A stretch of 64,000 nt of DNA, from assembly GCA_938017515.1 (NCBI GenBank), contig CALIJJ010000065.1, positions 1,177 through 65,176 on the forward strand. The letters run 5' to 3'. Below the pieces are notes generated by a model, which ran no database searches, was not told the origin of the DNA, and saw only the letters and a program-made list of their open reading frames with translations. A program made the translations under genes and the position numbers. This DNA is from an uncultured Pseudanabaenaceae cyanobacterium. Lineage in GTDB: Bacteria > Cyanobacteriota > Cyanobacteriia > PCC-9006 > JAAUQQ01. Positions 9,546 through 18,567 of this stretch are shown one piece after another. Numbering within the stretch: the stretch's first letter is position 1; every line of letters starts with the position of its first letter.

Positions 9546-10742
9546 CTATGCTAGCACGGCTTTGGGGCCTGAAACGGCATCATAATGACCCAAAATGCAG
9601 GGGGTGATCGCCCCGGTCACGCTGGGCAAATTGCCCGGAATTCCCTGCTGATGCCAGTGGGCCAGAATGGCGAAGGCGATCGCCTCCTTAAAGTCTGAAT
9701 CAACTCCGGCGTCATCAGTGGTTTGCACCGTTGCCTCGGGCAATTGCTGGGCCAGCCGCGCCATTAAATAGCCATTGCGCCCCCCCCCGCCACCGACCAA
9801 TACGGTATCGGGTAAAACCGTCAGAAAATCGCGGTAGTTTTGGGCAATGGACACCACCGTCAGTTCAGTCAGCGTCGCCAGAATATCTGCATCTACCAGA
9901 TCGCGTGCTCGCATTTCCGCAAAACACTGCTCAAAATACTCCCAGCCAAAAAGCTCTCGTCCCGTGGACTTCGGTGGCATCTGATGAAAATAGGGATGCT
10001 GGAGCCATTGATTGATCAGGTCCAGATCCGGCTTCCCCTGGGCCGCCCAAGCGCCATCAGCATCGTAGGTCAACGCTCCCTTGGAAAGCCGTTTAACCGC
10101 GATATCCAGGAGTGTGTTGCCAGGACCGGTGTCCCAGCCACGAACCTGGGTCTGCCAATCGGATTGCTGCGTCGGTGGCAAATAGGTCAGATTGCCAATG
10201 CCACCAATATTTTGAATGCAGCGGTGTTCCGTCGGGTGGCCCAAGAGATAGGCGTCGATCGGCGGCACTAAGGGAGCCCCTTCCCCCCCCGCTGCAATAT
10301 CAGCAACACGGAAATTGGAAATGGTCGAGATACCGGTTTTATGGGCGATCGCTGCTCCTCGCCCCAACTGCAGGGAGTAGGCCAAAGCTCGGGAACCATC
10401 GCTCGCAGGCGCAGAGCGGGGCCGGTGGAAAACGGTTTGGCCATGGGTGCCGATCAGGGTCGCTGGGTCCCCCCCTTGAGCCACAATCTTCTGCTGGAGG
10501 GCGATCGCCGCCGCCGCAAAGGCTGCCGCAATCTCATCATCCAGTCGTGCCAGCTCGGCCATGGACAGCGCCTCCCCTCGACAGAGAGCCAAGATGCGAT
10601 CGCGCAATTCGGCTTCGTAGGCATAGGTCTCTCCAGCCACCAACGTCACCCGCAAATCGAGCTGTCCTCCGGAAATATCCACGAGAGCAGCATCAATACC
10701 ATCTACGGAGGTACCGCTCATCAGACCAATAATGCGGGGCAT
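9546..10742 (-). CDS. anmK: Anhydro-N-acetylmuramic acid kinase
   Basis: [54 protein letters not shown]. Confidence 0.95.
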   Translation of the reverse strand: MPRIIGLMSGTSVDGIDAALVDISGGQLDLRVTLVAGETYAYEAELRDRILALCRGEALSMAELARLDDEIAAAFAAAAIALQQKIVAQGGDPATLIGTHGQTVFHRPRSAPASDGSRALAYSLQLGRGAAIAHKTGISTISNFRVADIAAGGEGAPLVPPIDAYLLGHPTEHRCIQNIGGIGNLTYLPPTQQSDWQTQVRGWDTGPGNTLLDIAVKRLSKGALTYDADGAWAAQGKPDLDLINQWLQHPYFHQMPPKSTGRELFGWEYFEQCFAEMRARDLVDADILATLTELTVVSIAQNYRDFLTVLPDTVLVGGGGGRNGYLMARLAQQLPEATVQTTDDAGVDSDFKEAIAFAILAHWHQQGIPGNLPSVTGAITPCILGHYDAVSGPKAVLA

Positions 10743-10805
10743 GGGTTTCTGTTGCTGATTAGGATTTGGCAGGGACTACGATGCGCTGGACTTCGTGAAC
10801 TCGCG

Positions 10806-11501
10806 TCACTTCACGAGTCGATCGATCGCCGTGTTGTCGCCAACCACCACCATAATTTGGCCCTTGTGGAGATGGCGACCGGGCTCAGGGTTGATCTGAA
10901 ATTTTTGTTCGTCTCCCACCGCAATCAGATTGAGACCAAACCGGGCACGCAGGTTAAGCTGAGCGATGGTTTGACCATCAAATTCTTCTGGAACCGCCAC
11001 TTCCACGATGCTGTGCTCAGGATCAAGATTGAAGCGTTCTAGGATTTTGGGGCGAGTGAGCGATCGCGCCAAATTGCAGCCCATGTCGTATTCGGGAAAG
11101 ACAACGCGATCGGCGCCAACCTTCTCCAACAGCTTGCCATGGGTCTCATTAGAAGCCTTCGCCACCACATAGGGCACGCCCCCTTCCTTCACATTGAGCG
11201 TGGTGATGATGCTCTCCTGAATGTAGTTGCCAATGGCAACAATCACCGTATCAAACTCAAACACCCCCGCTTCCTTCAAGGCCAGGGGCTCCGTGGAGTC
11301 AAGCTGAACGGCGTGGGCCGTAATCTGGTCTGCCATGGCCTGGGCCACGAGCTTCTCATTACTGTCCAAGCCCAAAACGTCATAGCCCAGATGGTGCAGC
11401 GTTTTACAGACTGAGCGACCAAAACGTCCTAAACCGATCACCGCAAACTGACGGCTTTCATTTTTTAAGTTGCGGAGCAGATTCAGGGAAGAAAGGTTCA
11501 C
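10806..11501 (-). CDS. ktrA: Ktr/Trk K+ uptake RCK subunit
   Basis: FAVIGLGRFG, VIVAIG, GADRVVFPE and a TrkA-C domain; GTG start at 11501. Confidence 0.9.
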   Translation of the reverse strand: MNLSSLNLLRNLKNESRQFAVIGLGRFGRSVCKTLHHLGYDVLGLDSNEKLVAQAMADQITAHAVQLDSTEPLALKEAGVFEFDTVIVAIGNYIQESIITTLNVKEGGVPYVVAKASNETHGKLLEKVGADRVVFPEYDMGCNLARSLTRPKILERFNLDPEHSIVEVAVPEEFDGQTIAQLNLRARFGLNLIAVGDEQKFQINPEPGRHLHKGQIMVVVGDNTAIDRLVK

Positions 11502-11576
11502 AGTGCTCGTTCCAGGTTTGCCTCTCAAATCCTAACCCACCCCAATCCTCATCTACCAGCCTCGATCTCGCATCCC

Positions 11577-12914
11577 CTAGCCCACCAGCAGGTCATCCTC
11601 GGGATAGCGAATCCGGCTGGGCTTTGGATCGCCCAACAGGGCACTCATGAGCAACAAAATCCCAACGCGCCCTGCATACATGGTCACAATCACAATCACC
11701 TTACTTTTCACGGAGAGAGCCGCCGTAATCCCGGTGGAGATACCCACGGTCGCAAAGGCTGAAACAGCCTCAAAAAAGAGATCAATGAAATCCATCTCCA
11801 CCTCAGACCAGGAGAGGAGAATCGTGCAGACGATGACGCTCATCATGGAGCCAAAGACCACACCCACTGCTTTGAAAATCAGATCATTGGGCAGACGGCG
11901 ATCGAAACAAATCACCTCATCCTTCTGGCGCAGAACCGAAGAGGTACAGCCTGCCAAAACGCGCATGGTCGTCGTTTTGACACCACCCCCTGTTCCGCCA
12001 GGGCTCGCCCCCACAAACATAAAGGCAATGGTGATAAACAGGCCCGCCTTGGTCATACTGCCTTGATCAATGCTGTTGAATCCAGCGGTGCGGGTCGTGA
12101 CCGATTGGAACCAGGCTGAAAGGAGCTTCTGACCGAAGTTATCGCCCCCCAGCGTTCCAGGATTCATGAACTCCGTCACCAAAAAGGCCAGAGTCCCGAG
12201 CAACAAAAGCACAACTGTTGTTGTTGTGACAACCTTAAAATTAAGGGAGACCCAAAAGCGTCCGGGCTCCTTACGCAGGCTATCCCTGACAAACAAAAAG
12301 CCTTCCATAATGACTTTGTAGCCAATCCCCCCCGCAATGATCAAAATGCTAATGACAGCAATGACAAAGGGTGAATGGGCATAGCGGACCAGGCTATCAG
12401 GGAATAAGCTAAACCCTGCATTATTAAAAGCACTAATGCTGTGGAACAGACCATACCAAATCCCCTTTAGGGTGCCAAATTCTGGGATGAACTGGAACAT
12501 CAGCAAAAATGCACCGGTCAGCTCAAACAACAGCGTCAAACCAATGATGGACTGAATGAGCTGCCGCGCCCCATCAATTCCAGGCAGGTCCATCGTTTGC
12601 TGAATCGCAATCTTCTCTTTGAGGCGAAAACGTTGGCCCAGCAACACTAGCAAAAAGGTGTTGACGGTCATGTAGCCTAAGCCGCCAATTTGGGCCAGCA
12701 ACAAGACAACGAGTTGACCAAAACCGCTGTAATAGCTGCTCACGTCCACCGTCGCTAACCCGGTGACACAAACCGCTGAGGTCGCAATAAACAGAGCATT
12801 GATAGGATCACTCCACTCCCCCGTCGCCGTGGAAATGGGCAAGAGCAGCAACACCGTCCCCACCAACGCTAACGTCAAAAAGCCCAAACACACGGTCCGG
12901 GGGACAGTCATCAT
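11577..12914 (-). CDS. ktrB: Ktr/Trk K+ transporter membrane subunit
   Basis: SAVCVTGL, SAFNNAGF, TRTAGF, GASPGGTGGGVK and SAFATVG pore motifs. Confidence 0.92.
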   Translation of the reverse strand: MMTVPRTVCLGFLTLALVGTVLLLLPISTATGEWSDPINALFIATSAVCVTGLATVDVSSYYSGFGQLVVLLLAQIGGLGYMTVNTFLLVLLGQRFRLKEKIAIQQTMDLPGIDGARQLIQSIIGLTLLFELTGAFLLMFQFIPEFGTLKGIWYGLFHSISAFNNAGFSLFPDSLVRYAHSPFVIAVISILIIAGGIGYKVIMEGFLFVRDSLRKEPGRFWVSLNFKVVTTTTVVLLLLGTLAFLVTEFMNPGTLGGDNFGQKLLSAWFQSVTTRTAGFNSIDQGSMTKAGLFITIAFMFVGASPGGTGGGVKTTTMRVLAGCTSSVLRQKDEVICFDRRLPNDLIFKAVGVVFGSMMSVIVCTILLSWSEVEMDFIDLFFEAVSAFATVGISTGITAALSVKSKVIVIVTMYAGRVGILLLMSALLGDPKPSRIRYPEDDLLVG

Positions 12915-13600
12915 GCCTCTACCTCCCAAGCAGCCTGAAAGAAATCCAATTCGCACTGCATCGCGTAGCGGTAGGCAGTCCTCATTGCATCATGCCCAGG
13001 ACTATCCAGCGTTCTAGCATAATTATCCAGTAGCGTTTCGAGCTGTTGGGCTAGCGCTTCAAAAAAGGGCTCGTTGTAGGTCCTAATCCAGTCGCCATAG
13101 GCATGGTCCGGCCTAGCAGATTGAGCTGGGCCAGATTGAGCTAGGCCAGATTGAGCTAGGCCAGATTGAACTGCCAAAGCCTGCCCCAGAAAAGCGTAGA
13201 GCCGCATACAAGGGGCCATCGCGGCGGCGGTAACAGCAAGAGGCTGACTCCAGGCGGTGGCCGTCAGAAAATCGACATAGCGGCGGGTGGTCACGCCAGG
13301 GGTCACCCGTTCGAGATCAACGCCCCACTGATGGGCATAGCTCCCGTGCAGCTTCAGCTCCTCCAAAACACCGCCCGCCAATCCGTGGAAAAGCCCAAAG
13401 GCTTCAGCAGTGGGTGCTTTGGCAGCACAAACGCTGTAGGCCCGGGCAAAGGCATCCAGGAAAAACGCGTCTTGGCCAACGTAATAGGCAAACTTGGCCT
13501 TGGGCAGGCTGCCATCCGCAATCCCTTGGACAAAACCATTGTGTAGACAGGCTTGGGTCAGGGATTGATTGGCATCCCAGAGGTCAGTGGCGAGGCTCAT
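12911..13600 (-). CDS. tenA: TenA/THI-4 family protein (thiamine salvage aminohydrolase-like)
   Basis: FVQGIADGSL, YYVGQDAFFL, APCMRLY (Cys retained), YGDWIRTY, ELDFF. Confidence 0.88.
   Translation of the reverse strand: MSLATDLWDANQSLTQACLHNGFVQGIADGSLPKAKFAYYVGQDAFFLDAFARAYSVCAAKAPTAEAFGLFHGLAGGVLEELKLHGSYAHQWGVDLERVTPGVTTRRYVDFLTATAWSQPLAVTAAAMAPCMRLYAFLGQALAVQSGLAQSGLAQSGPAQSARPDHAYGDWIRTYNEPFFEALAQQLETLLDNYARTLDSPGHDAMRTAYRYAMQCELDFFQAAWEVEA
13117..13176. repeat. 4 x 15-bp in-frame tandem repeat in tenA (QSGLA-like)
   Basis: CAGATTGAGCTRGGC units. Confidence 0.9.
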
Positions 13601-13719
13601 CGATGCATCTGACAGGTAACATTTGCCCAGCCATTATGGCTCAGCTCGACACCTTGGGGTCTTTGCCGGGTTGAGCGAGACGCACCATTGTCTTGAGATT
13701 CTTCAAAATCCCAGCCGCT

Positions 13720-14757
13720 TTAGGCTGACAATTTTGGCAAACCCAAGACGTCTCCCCGGCCTGCAACCACCGAGCCCACTTGCCAAGCAGCAAGACCTTG
13801 GGACTGGAAAAAGGCGATCGCCTCCGCCCCAACCTCCGACGGCACAATCACCACATAGCCAACGCCCATATTGAACGTCTCAAACATTGCCCGAGGATCG
13901 ACATCCCCGGCATCCTGCAACCACTGAAACACCGTCGGAATCTCCCAGGATGCCAGATCAATCTGGATGCTCTGGTCACTGCCAAGGCAACGGGGCAAAT
14001 TCTCCGGCAACCCACCGCCCGTGTTGTGAGCCATGGCATGGATCGTGAAGTCCTGCTTCAAGGCCGCTAACACCGATTTGACATAGAGCTGGGTCGGCGT
14101 CAGAAAAACATCACCCAGGGTTTTCTCACCGAACGCTTCGACCTGATCAGTCCAACTCAAGTTCTGGGTTTCGATGATTTTGCGAACTAAGCTGTAGCCA
14201 TTGCTGTGAACACCGCTGCTGGGGAGGGCGATCGCCACATCCCCCACCGCCACCTGGGAACCGTCAATAATCTCCGACTTCTCCACAATTCCGACACAAA
14301 ATCCCGCCAGGTCATACTCCCCCGGGCCATAGAACCCTGGCATCTCCGCCGTTTCCCCTCCCGAAAGCGCACACCCCGACTCCTTACAGCCCTCAGCAAT
14401 GCCGCAGACAACCGCCGCAAGCTGCTCCTCATTGAGCTTTCCCGTGGCAATGTAGTCCAAAAAGAACAGCGGCTCAGCCCCACAGGTCAGCACATCGTTA
14501 ACACACATGGCCACCAAATCAATCCCCACCGTCTCGTGACGATCCAGCTGGTGGGCCAGCTTGAGCTTGGTCCCCACACCATCAGTTCCAGACACCAAAA
14601 CCGGCTGACGGTAACCCGCTGGCAATTCAAACAGCCCTCCAAAGCCGCCTAAGCCACCCAAGACCCCTGGGCGATGTGTCGCGGCCACCATGTCTTTAAT
14701 CCTTGACACAAATTGGCGGCCCGCCTCAACATCCACACCCGCAGCACGATAGTCCAT
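13720..14757 (-). CDS. purM: Phosphoribosylformylglycinamidine cyclo-ligase (AIR synthetase)
   Basis: [46 protein letters not shown]. Confidence 0.96.
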   Translation of the reverse strand: MDYRAAGVDVEAGRQFVSRIKDMVAATHRPGVLGGLGGFGGLFELPAGYRQPVLVSGTDGVGTKLKLAHQLDRHETVGIDLVAMCVNDVLTCGAEPLFFLDYIATGKLNEEQLAAVVCGIAEGCKESGCALSGGETAEMPGFYGPGEYDLAGFCVGIVEKSEIIDGSQVAVGDVAIALPSSGVHSNGYSLVRKIIETQNLSWTDQVEAFGEKTLGDVFLTPTQLYVKSVLAALKQDFTIHAMAHNTGGGLPENLPRCLGSDQSIQIDLASWEIPTVFQWLQDAGDVDPRAMFETFNMGVGYVVIVPSEVGAEAIAFFQSQGLAAWQVGSVVAGRGDVLGLPKLSA

Positions 14758-15011
14758 GATTTCGCTCTCTTTGGTAACCCACCCCAAGAACCCGCCCCCT
14801 TTCGGAGAATTAGGCTTCGGGGCCAGTGCTTATTCTGCCGAGCGAGTTAGCCCCAGGGCAAGCTTTTAAGCGATTTTCTAAGCCGATCAAAATGAACCTT
14901 AATGTTGCTCAGATCAGAATCTGTGATTAGACAAAACACAGAGAAGAATCTGCTTCATATTCATAGAACGACATCAGCTTTTATCTAAAATTTTGATGAA
15001 CTTAATTGCAC

Positions 15012-15030
15012 TGATTAGATTCTCTAATCA
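15012..15030. promoter_or_regulatory. Perfect palindrome, candidate operator
   Basis: TGATTAGA-TTC-TCTAATCA, with an extra TGATTAGA half-site at 14924. Confidence 0.35.
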
Positions 15031-15549
15031 AACTGCTCAGACACCGATGTCTGGAACAGATAACAAACTCAACTTCGGCTGCAAGCAAAAGCACTAGAAT
15101 ACTTACACCAAGAGAGATTACGGCGAAACGATCTCCCATCAAAGTTTCGAAAAAACACCAACAAAGCAGTCAAGAAAGCTAGCCTCATCCCCTTCAAAAA
15201 GACAAAGTCAACATTGCTCGACAAAAGCCACTTTTATCCGCACCCAATCAGGGATAAGGTGACTTCAGTCCGTGCTCATATCATTGAGTTCGATTAATTT
15301 CATCACCCGTTCCACTGTGTTCAACCCAAAAACTTCGTGGTACGGTCATGAAGTTATGTAAAGAAAGTCCGTGATATCGGGTTCGATTCGATCGCTGTTG
15401 CCCTAGCACAAGAGCCTGAACGGCTCTGTCAGTGGGCAGATGGGCGAGTTCGAAGACACAGTTTTTTGATTGGTTTTGGGGGCTATTTTCCCAGCTCAAA
15501 TCCTTTCAATGGTTGTAGCGAGAACCCCTGCTGAACTCAAATAGAGGAT

Positions 15550-16569
15550 ATGCAATACAAACGTTTGGGCAACTTAGTTGCCGTTGTGCTGGCTTCCGCT
15601 GTGGGCTGGAATGTCACAACCAATTTGAAACCCTTACAAGCAGAGACTTCAGAAGAGGCAGCGACCCTCGCCACTGAGTCCGCCCAACCTTCTTCTACCG
15701 ACGTCGCCAAAGTTGGTGAGCCCGCCTCCACCCAGCGCGAATCCCTGGACACTCAGTCAGAGTCCACGATCGCCAAAGTTTTTTCCCACGAACTTGAGTC
15801 CCGCCCCGCCGCTACAGTCTATGTGCGGGACATTCCGGTCCTAACCTTCATCCAGGACGAGAGCGAAGCAGACGCGCAAGAAATAGCTGCTGATGTTCCT
15901 GTCGATGAAGTCCGCAAACTCGCCACCAAAGCGATTGCTGAGGTTGTCGATGAGACCTCCCCGCTTTGGAAGGCCAACCAACTGGCTTCCACATTCAACC
16001 AGCTCAGCCAGTCCGGTGATGTGAAGGCTGAAGAGATTTCGGTGCGATGGGAGAATGATGCCTATCTCGTCGAGATGGACGACACCACCTTGGTCACTCT
16101 GGACGATGCCATCATTCTGCCGGACACCACGGGTGCCCGGGCTGAGGATGCACTGCAGGCCACAAATCGCCTGCGCCGTCTTCTGGGTGTTGAGGCGGCT
16201 GAGCCGCTGTCTGAAGTGGCTGACTTGCCTGCTCCCCCTGAGCCTGAGCCTGCCCCCGTGGTTGCTCAAGCAAGTTCCTACTATCAGGAAGGCTGGGCCT
16301 CCTGGTACGGTCCTGGTTTCCACGGCAACCTGACAGCCAACGGCGAAATCTACAACCAGAATGCGCTTACGGCGGCCCATCGTTACCTGTCCTTTGGCAC
16401 CTGGGTTCGGGTCACCAACCTGAATAACGGCTACGCGGTGAACGTTCGGATTAATGATCGGGGTCCCTATGCAGGCGATCGCGTCATCGATCTCTCCGCT
16501 GGCGCAGCCGACTATATTGGTCTGACCAATTCCGGTGTTGCTCCCGTGCGCATCGACATTTTGAACTAA
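15550..16569 (+). CDS. rlpA: Septal ring lytic transglycosylase RlpA family
   Basis: Signal peptide; C-terminal DPBB motifs ASWYG, TAAHR, VRINDRGP, IDLS. Confidence 0.92.
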   Translation: MQYKRLGNLVAVVLASAVGWNVTTNLKPLQAETSEEAATLATESAQPSSTDVAKVGEPASTQRESLDTQSESTIAKVFSHELESRPAATVYVRDIPVLTFIQDESEADAQEIAADVPVDEVRKLATKAIAEVVDETSPLWKANQLASTFNQLSQSGDVKAEEISVRWENDAYLVEMDDTTLVTLDDAIILPDTTGARAEDALQATNRLRRLLGVEAAEPLSEVADLPAPPEPEPAPVVAQASSYYQEGWASWYGPGFHGNLTANGEIYNQNALTAAHRYLSFGTWVRVTNLNNGYAVNVRINDRGPYAGDRVIDLSAGAADYIGLTNSGVAPVRIDILN

Positions 16570-16590
16570 CCCTGGTTGAACTAACCCTGG
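16561..16590. repeat. 2 x 15-bp perfect duplication spanning the rlpA stop codon
   Basis: TTGAACTAACCCTGG twice. Confidence 0.92.
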
Positions 16591-16605
16591 AATCTCAATT
16601 CCTTT

Positions 16606-16635
16606 GAGCGGAGCTTCTTGAACGAAGCTCCGTTT
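16606..16635 (+). terminator. Probable rlpA terminator
   Basis: GAGCGGAGCTTC...GAAGCTCCGTTT. Confidence 0.7.
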
Positions 16636-16772
16636 AAGCTTTTATGATGTACGGGGCAATTGCCTATCGATTTGCAAGCCATCCATTCGCCAACCCTTGG
16701 GGCGTTGTCTGGGCTATTTTGCGGGTCGATGGTGGATGTCCATGACGACCCATCATTGCTTAGGAGAGTTCT

Positions 16773-18407
16773 GTGCGCTGTTTTTCCACGGTAGCGGCTT
16801 TGCAGCGTCAGCTTCGAGATGCCTCTATGGTTGGCTTTGTGCCGACGATGGGGGCATTACATTTAGGCCACAAAAGCCTCATTGATCGTGCTCGACGGGA
16901 CAACGACGTGGTCGTGGTCTCCATCTTCGTCAATCCACTCCAATTTGCACCTGGCGAAGATTTGGAAAACTATCCCGCAACCCTAGCGGCAGATCGTGCC
17001 CTCTGCGAGGCCGCAGGGGTCGATATTTTATTTTTACCCAACGCCACCACACTCTATGGCAACAAGCTAGGGAGCAGCCACTCAGGCGATCGCAGCGCCG
17101 ATAGCAATGTTCAGGCGGGGTTGAGTCCAGAGCTGACCCAGGTACATCCCCCAGAAGCAATGGTGCGTCAGCTCTGTGGGCGATCGCGTTCCGGCCATTT
17201 CCAGGGCGTCGCCACAGTGGTCACCAAACTGCTCAATATTGTGCGACCCACCCGCGCCTACTTTGGCCAAAAGGATGCTCAACAGCTCGCCATCATCCGT
17301 CGCCTTGCCACAGACCTCAACCTCCCAGGTGAGATTATCGGCTGCCCCATTGTGCGGGAGCCCAGTGGCCTCGCCCTCAGCTCCCGCAACGCCTATCTGT
17401 CGCCCCAAGAAGCCCAACAGGCCACAGCTTTGTCACGAGGATTACACAAAGCGCGAGAAGTGTTTAAGAATGGAGAGCGGTGCGGCTCCGCCCTCGTGGC
17501 GGTCGTCCGGTCGGTTATGGCCGAGGCGGACTTGGAGCCGGAATACATTGAATTAGTGCATCCGGATACCGTACAGCCCATTAAAAGGATTGAAGAGGTA
17601 GGACTTTTGGCGATCGCAGCGCAAGTGGGCTCCGCCCGACTGATTGACAACACCATTCTGGAGCGCTCCCCCAAAGACAACGAGGGAGCCCAGCAGCAAG
17701 GTACCGTGGCCATGGACGGACCAGCGGGGGCGGGCAAATCCACCGTGACGCGCCGAGTGGCCCAGGCCCTGGGTCTGCGCTATTTAGATACGGGCGCAAT
17801 GTATCGAGCCCTGACTTGGTTAGTACTCGACGCAGACATCGACCCCACAGACGAAGCAGCCGTTGCTGAACTCATGGCAACCCGGGCCATTCGGTTTGAC
17901 TTTCCTCAATTGGATACAGGTACCGAGCCAGGCTCCCAAATCACGCGGGTATGGGCGGAGGAAGCATCTGGGGGCGATCGCGAGATCACCCAGGAAATTC
18001 GCACCCCCCGGGTTAGCCAAAACGTTTCCACGGTGGCAGCCCAACCCCTCGTACGCGAACACTTGGTTAAGCAGCAACAGCAATACGGTCTCCAGGGCGG
18101 CATCGTCGCAGAAGGCCGTGACATCGGCACCACGGTATTTCCCCAGGCAGAGCTGAAGATCTTTCTGACCGCCACCATTGCAGAACGGGCCAAGCGGCGT
18201 CTGCTGGACCTAGAGCAACAGGGACAGACCCCACCCAAGCTGATCGAGCTAGAAGCCCAGATTGCTGAACGAGACCACAAGGACAGCACCCGAGCCGTTT
18301 CCCCCCTAAAAAAAGCCGATGATGCCATCGAACTTTTAACCGACGGTCTCACAATCGAGGAAGTAACCGAAAAGATTGTTGCCCTCTACCGTGAACGCAG
18401 CACATAG
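16773..18407 (+). CDS. panC-cmk: Bifunctional pantoate--beta-alanine ligase / cytidylate kinase
   Basis: VPTMGALHLGH, SIFVNPLQF, FGQKDAQQ, RLIDN, then MDGPAGAGKST, DTGAMYR, EGRDIGT. Confidence 0.95.
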   Translation: MRCFSTVAALQRQLRDASMVGFVPTMGALHLGHKSLIDRARRDNDVVVVSIFVNPLQFAPGEDLENYPATLAADRALCEAAGVDILFLPNATTLYGNKLGSSHSGDRSADSNVQAGLSPELTQVHPPEAMVRQLCGRSRSGHFQGVATVVTKLLNIVRPTRAYFGQKDAQQLAIIRRLATDLNLPGEIIGCPIVREPSGLALSSRNAYLSPQEAQQATALSRGLHKAREVFKNGERCGSALVAVVRSVMAEADLEPEYIELVHPDTVQPIKRIEEVGLLAIAAQVGSARLIDNTILERSPKDNEGAQQQGTVAMDGPAGAGKSTVTRRVAQALGLRYLDTGAMYRALTWLVLDADIDPTDEAAVAELMATRAIRFDFPQLDTGTEPGSQITRVWAEEASGGDREITQEIRTPRVSQNVSTVAAQPLVREHLVKQQQQYGLQGGIVAEGRDIGTTVFPQAELKIFLTATIAERAKRRLLDLEQQGQTPPKLIELEAQIAERDHKDSTRAVSPLKKADDAIELLTDGLTIEEVTEKIVALYRERST

Positions 18408-18567
18408 AGGCCTATATTTCGCCGTCGTAGTCCAGGAAATCGAGTAGTCTCACTGAAAAAATTCAGCCTCGTCGAAGGTTCAATGAATAGGTGGCATCTA
18501 CCCCATCTTGAGCAATCCAGCTTGAAACTGGTTTCGCTTGGCCTACTCATTGAACTTCGGCAGATTC

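Noticed and set aside
13601-13719. TPP riboswitch upstream of tenA
   Set aside because: No CTGAGA / TGATC / AGCGTAGGGA-like TPP core is recognisable.
14758-14880. ZTP or PRPP riboswitch upstream of purM
   Set aside because: Short GC-rich stems are present but the conserved aptamer motifs are not.
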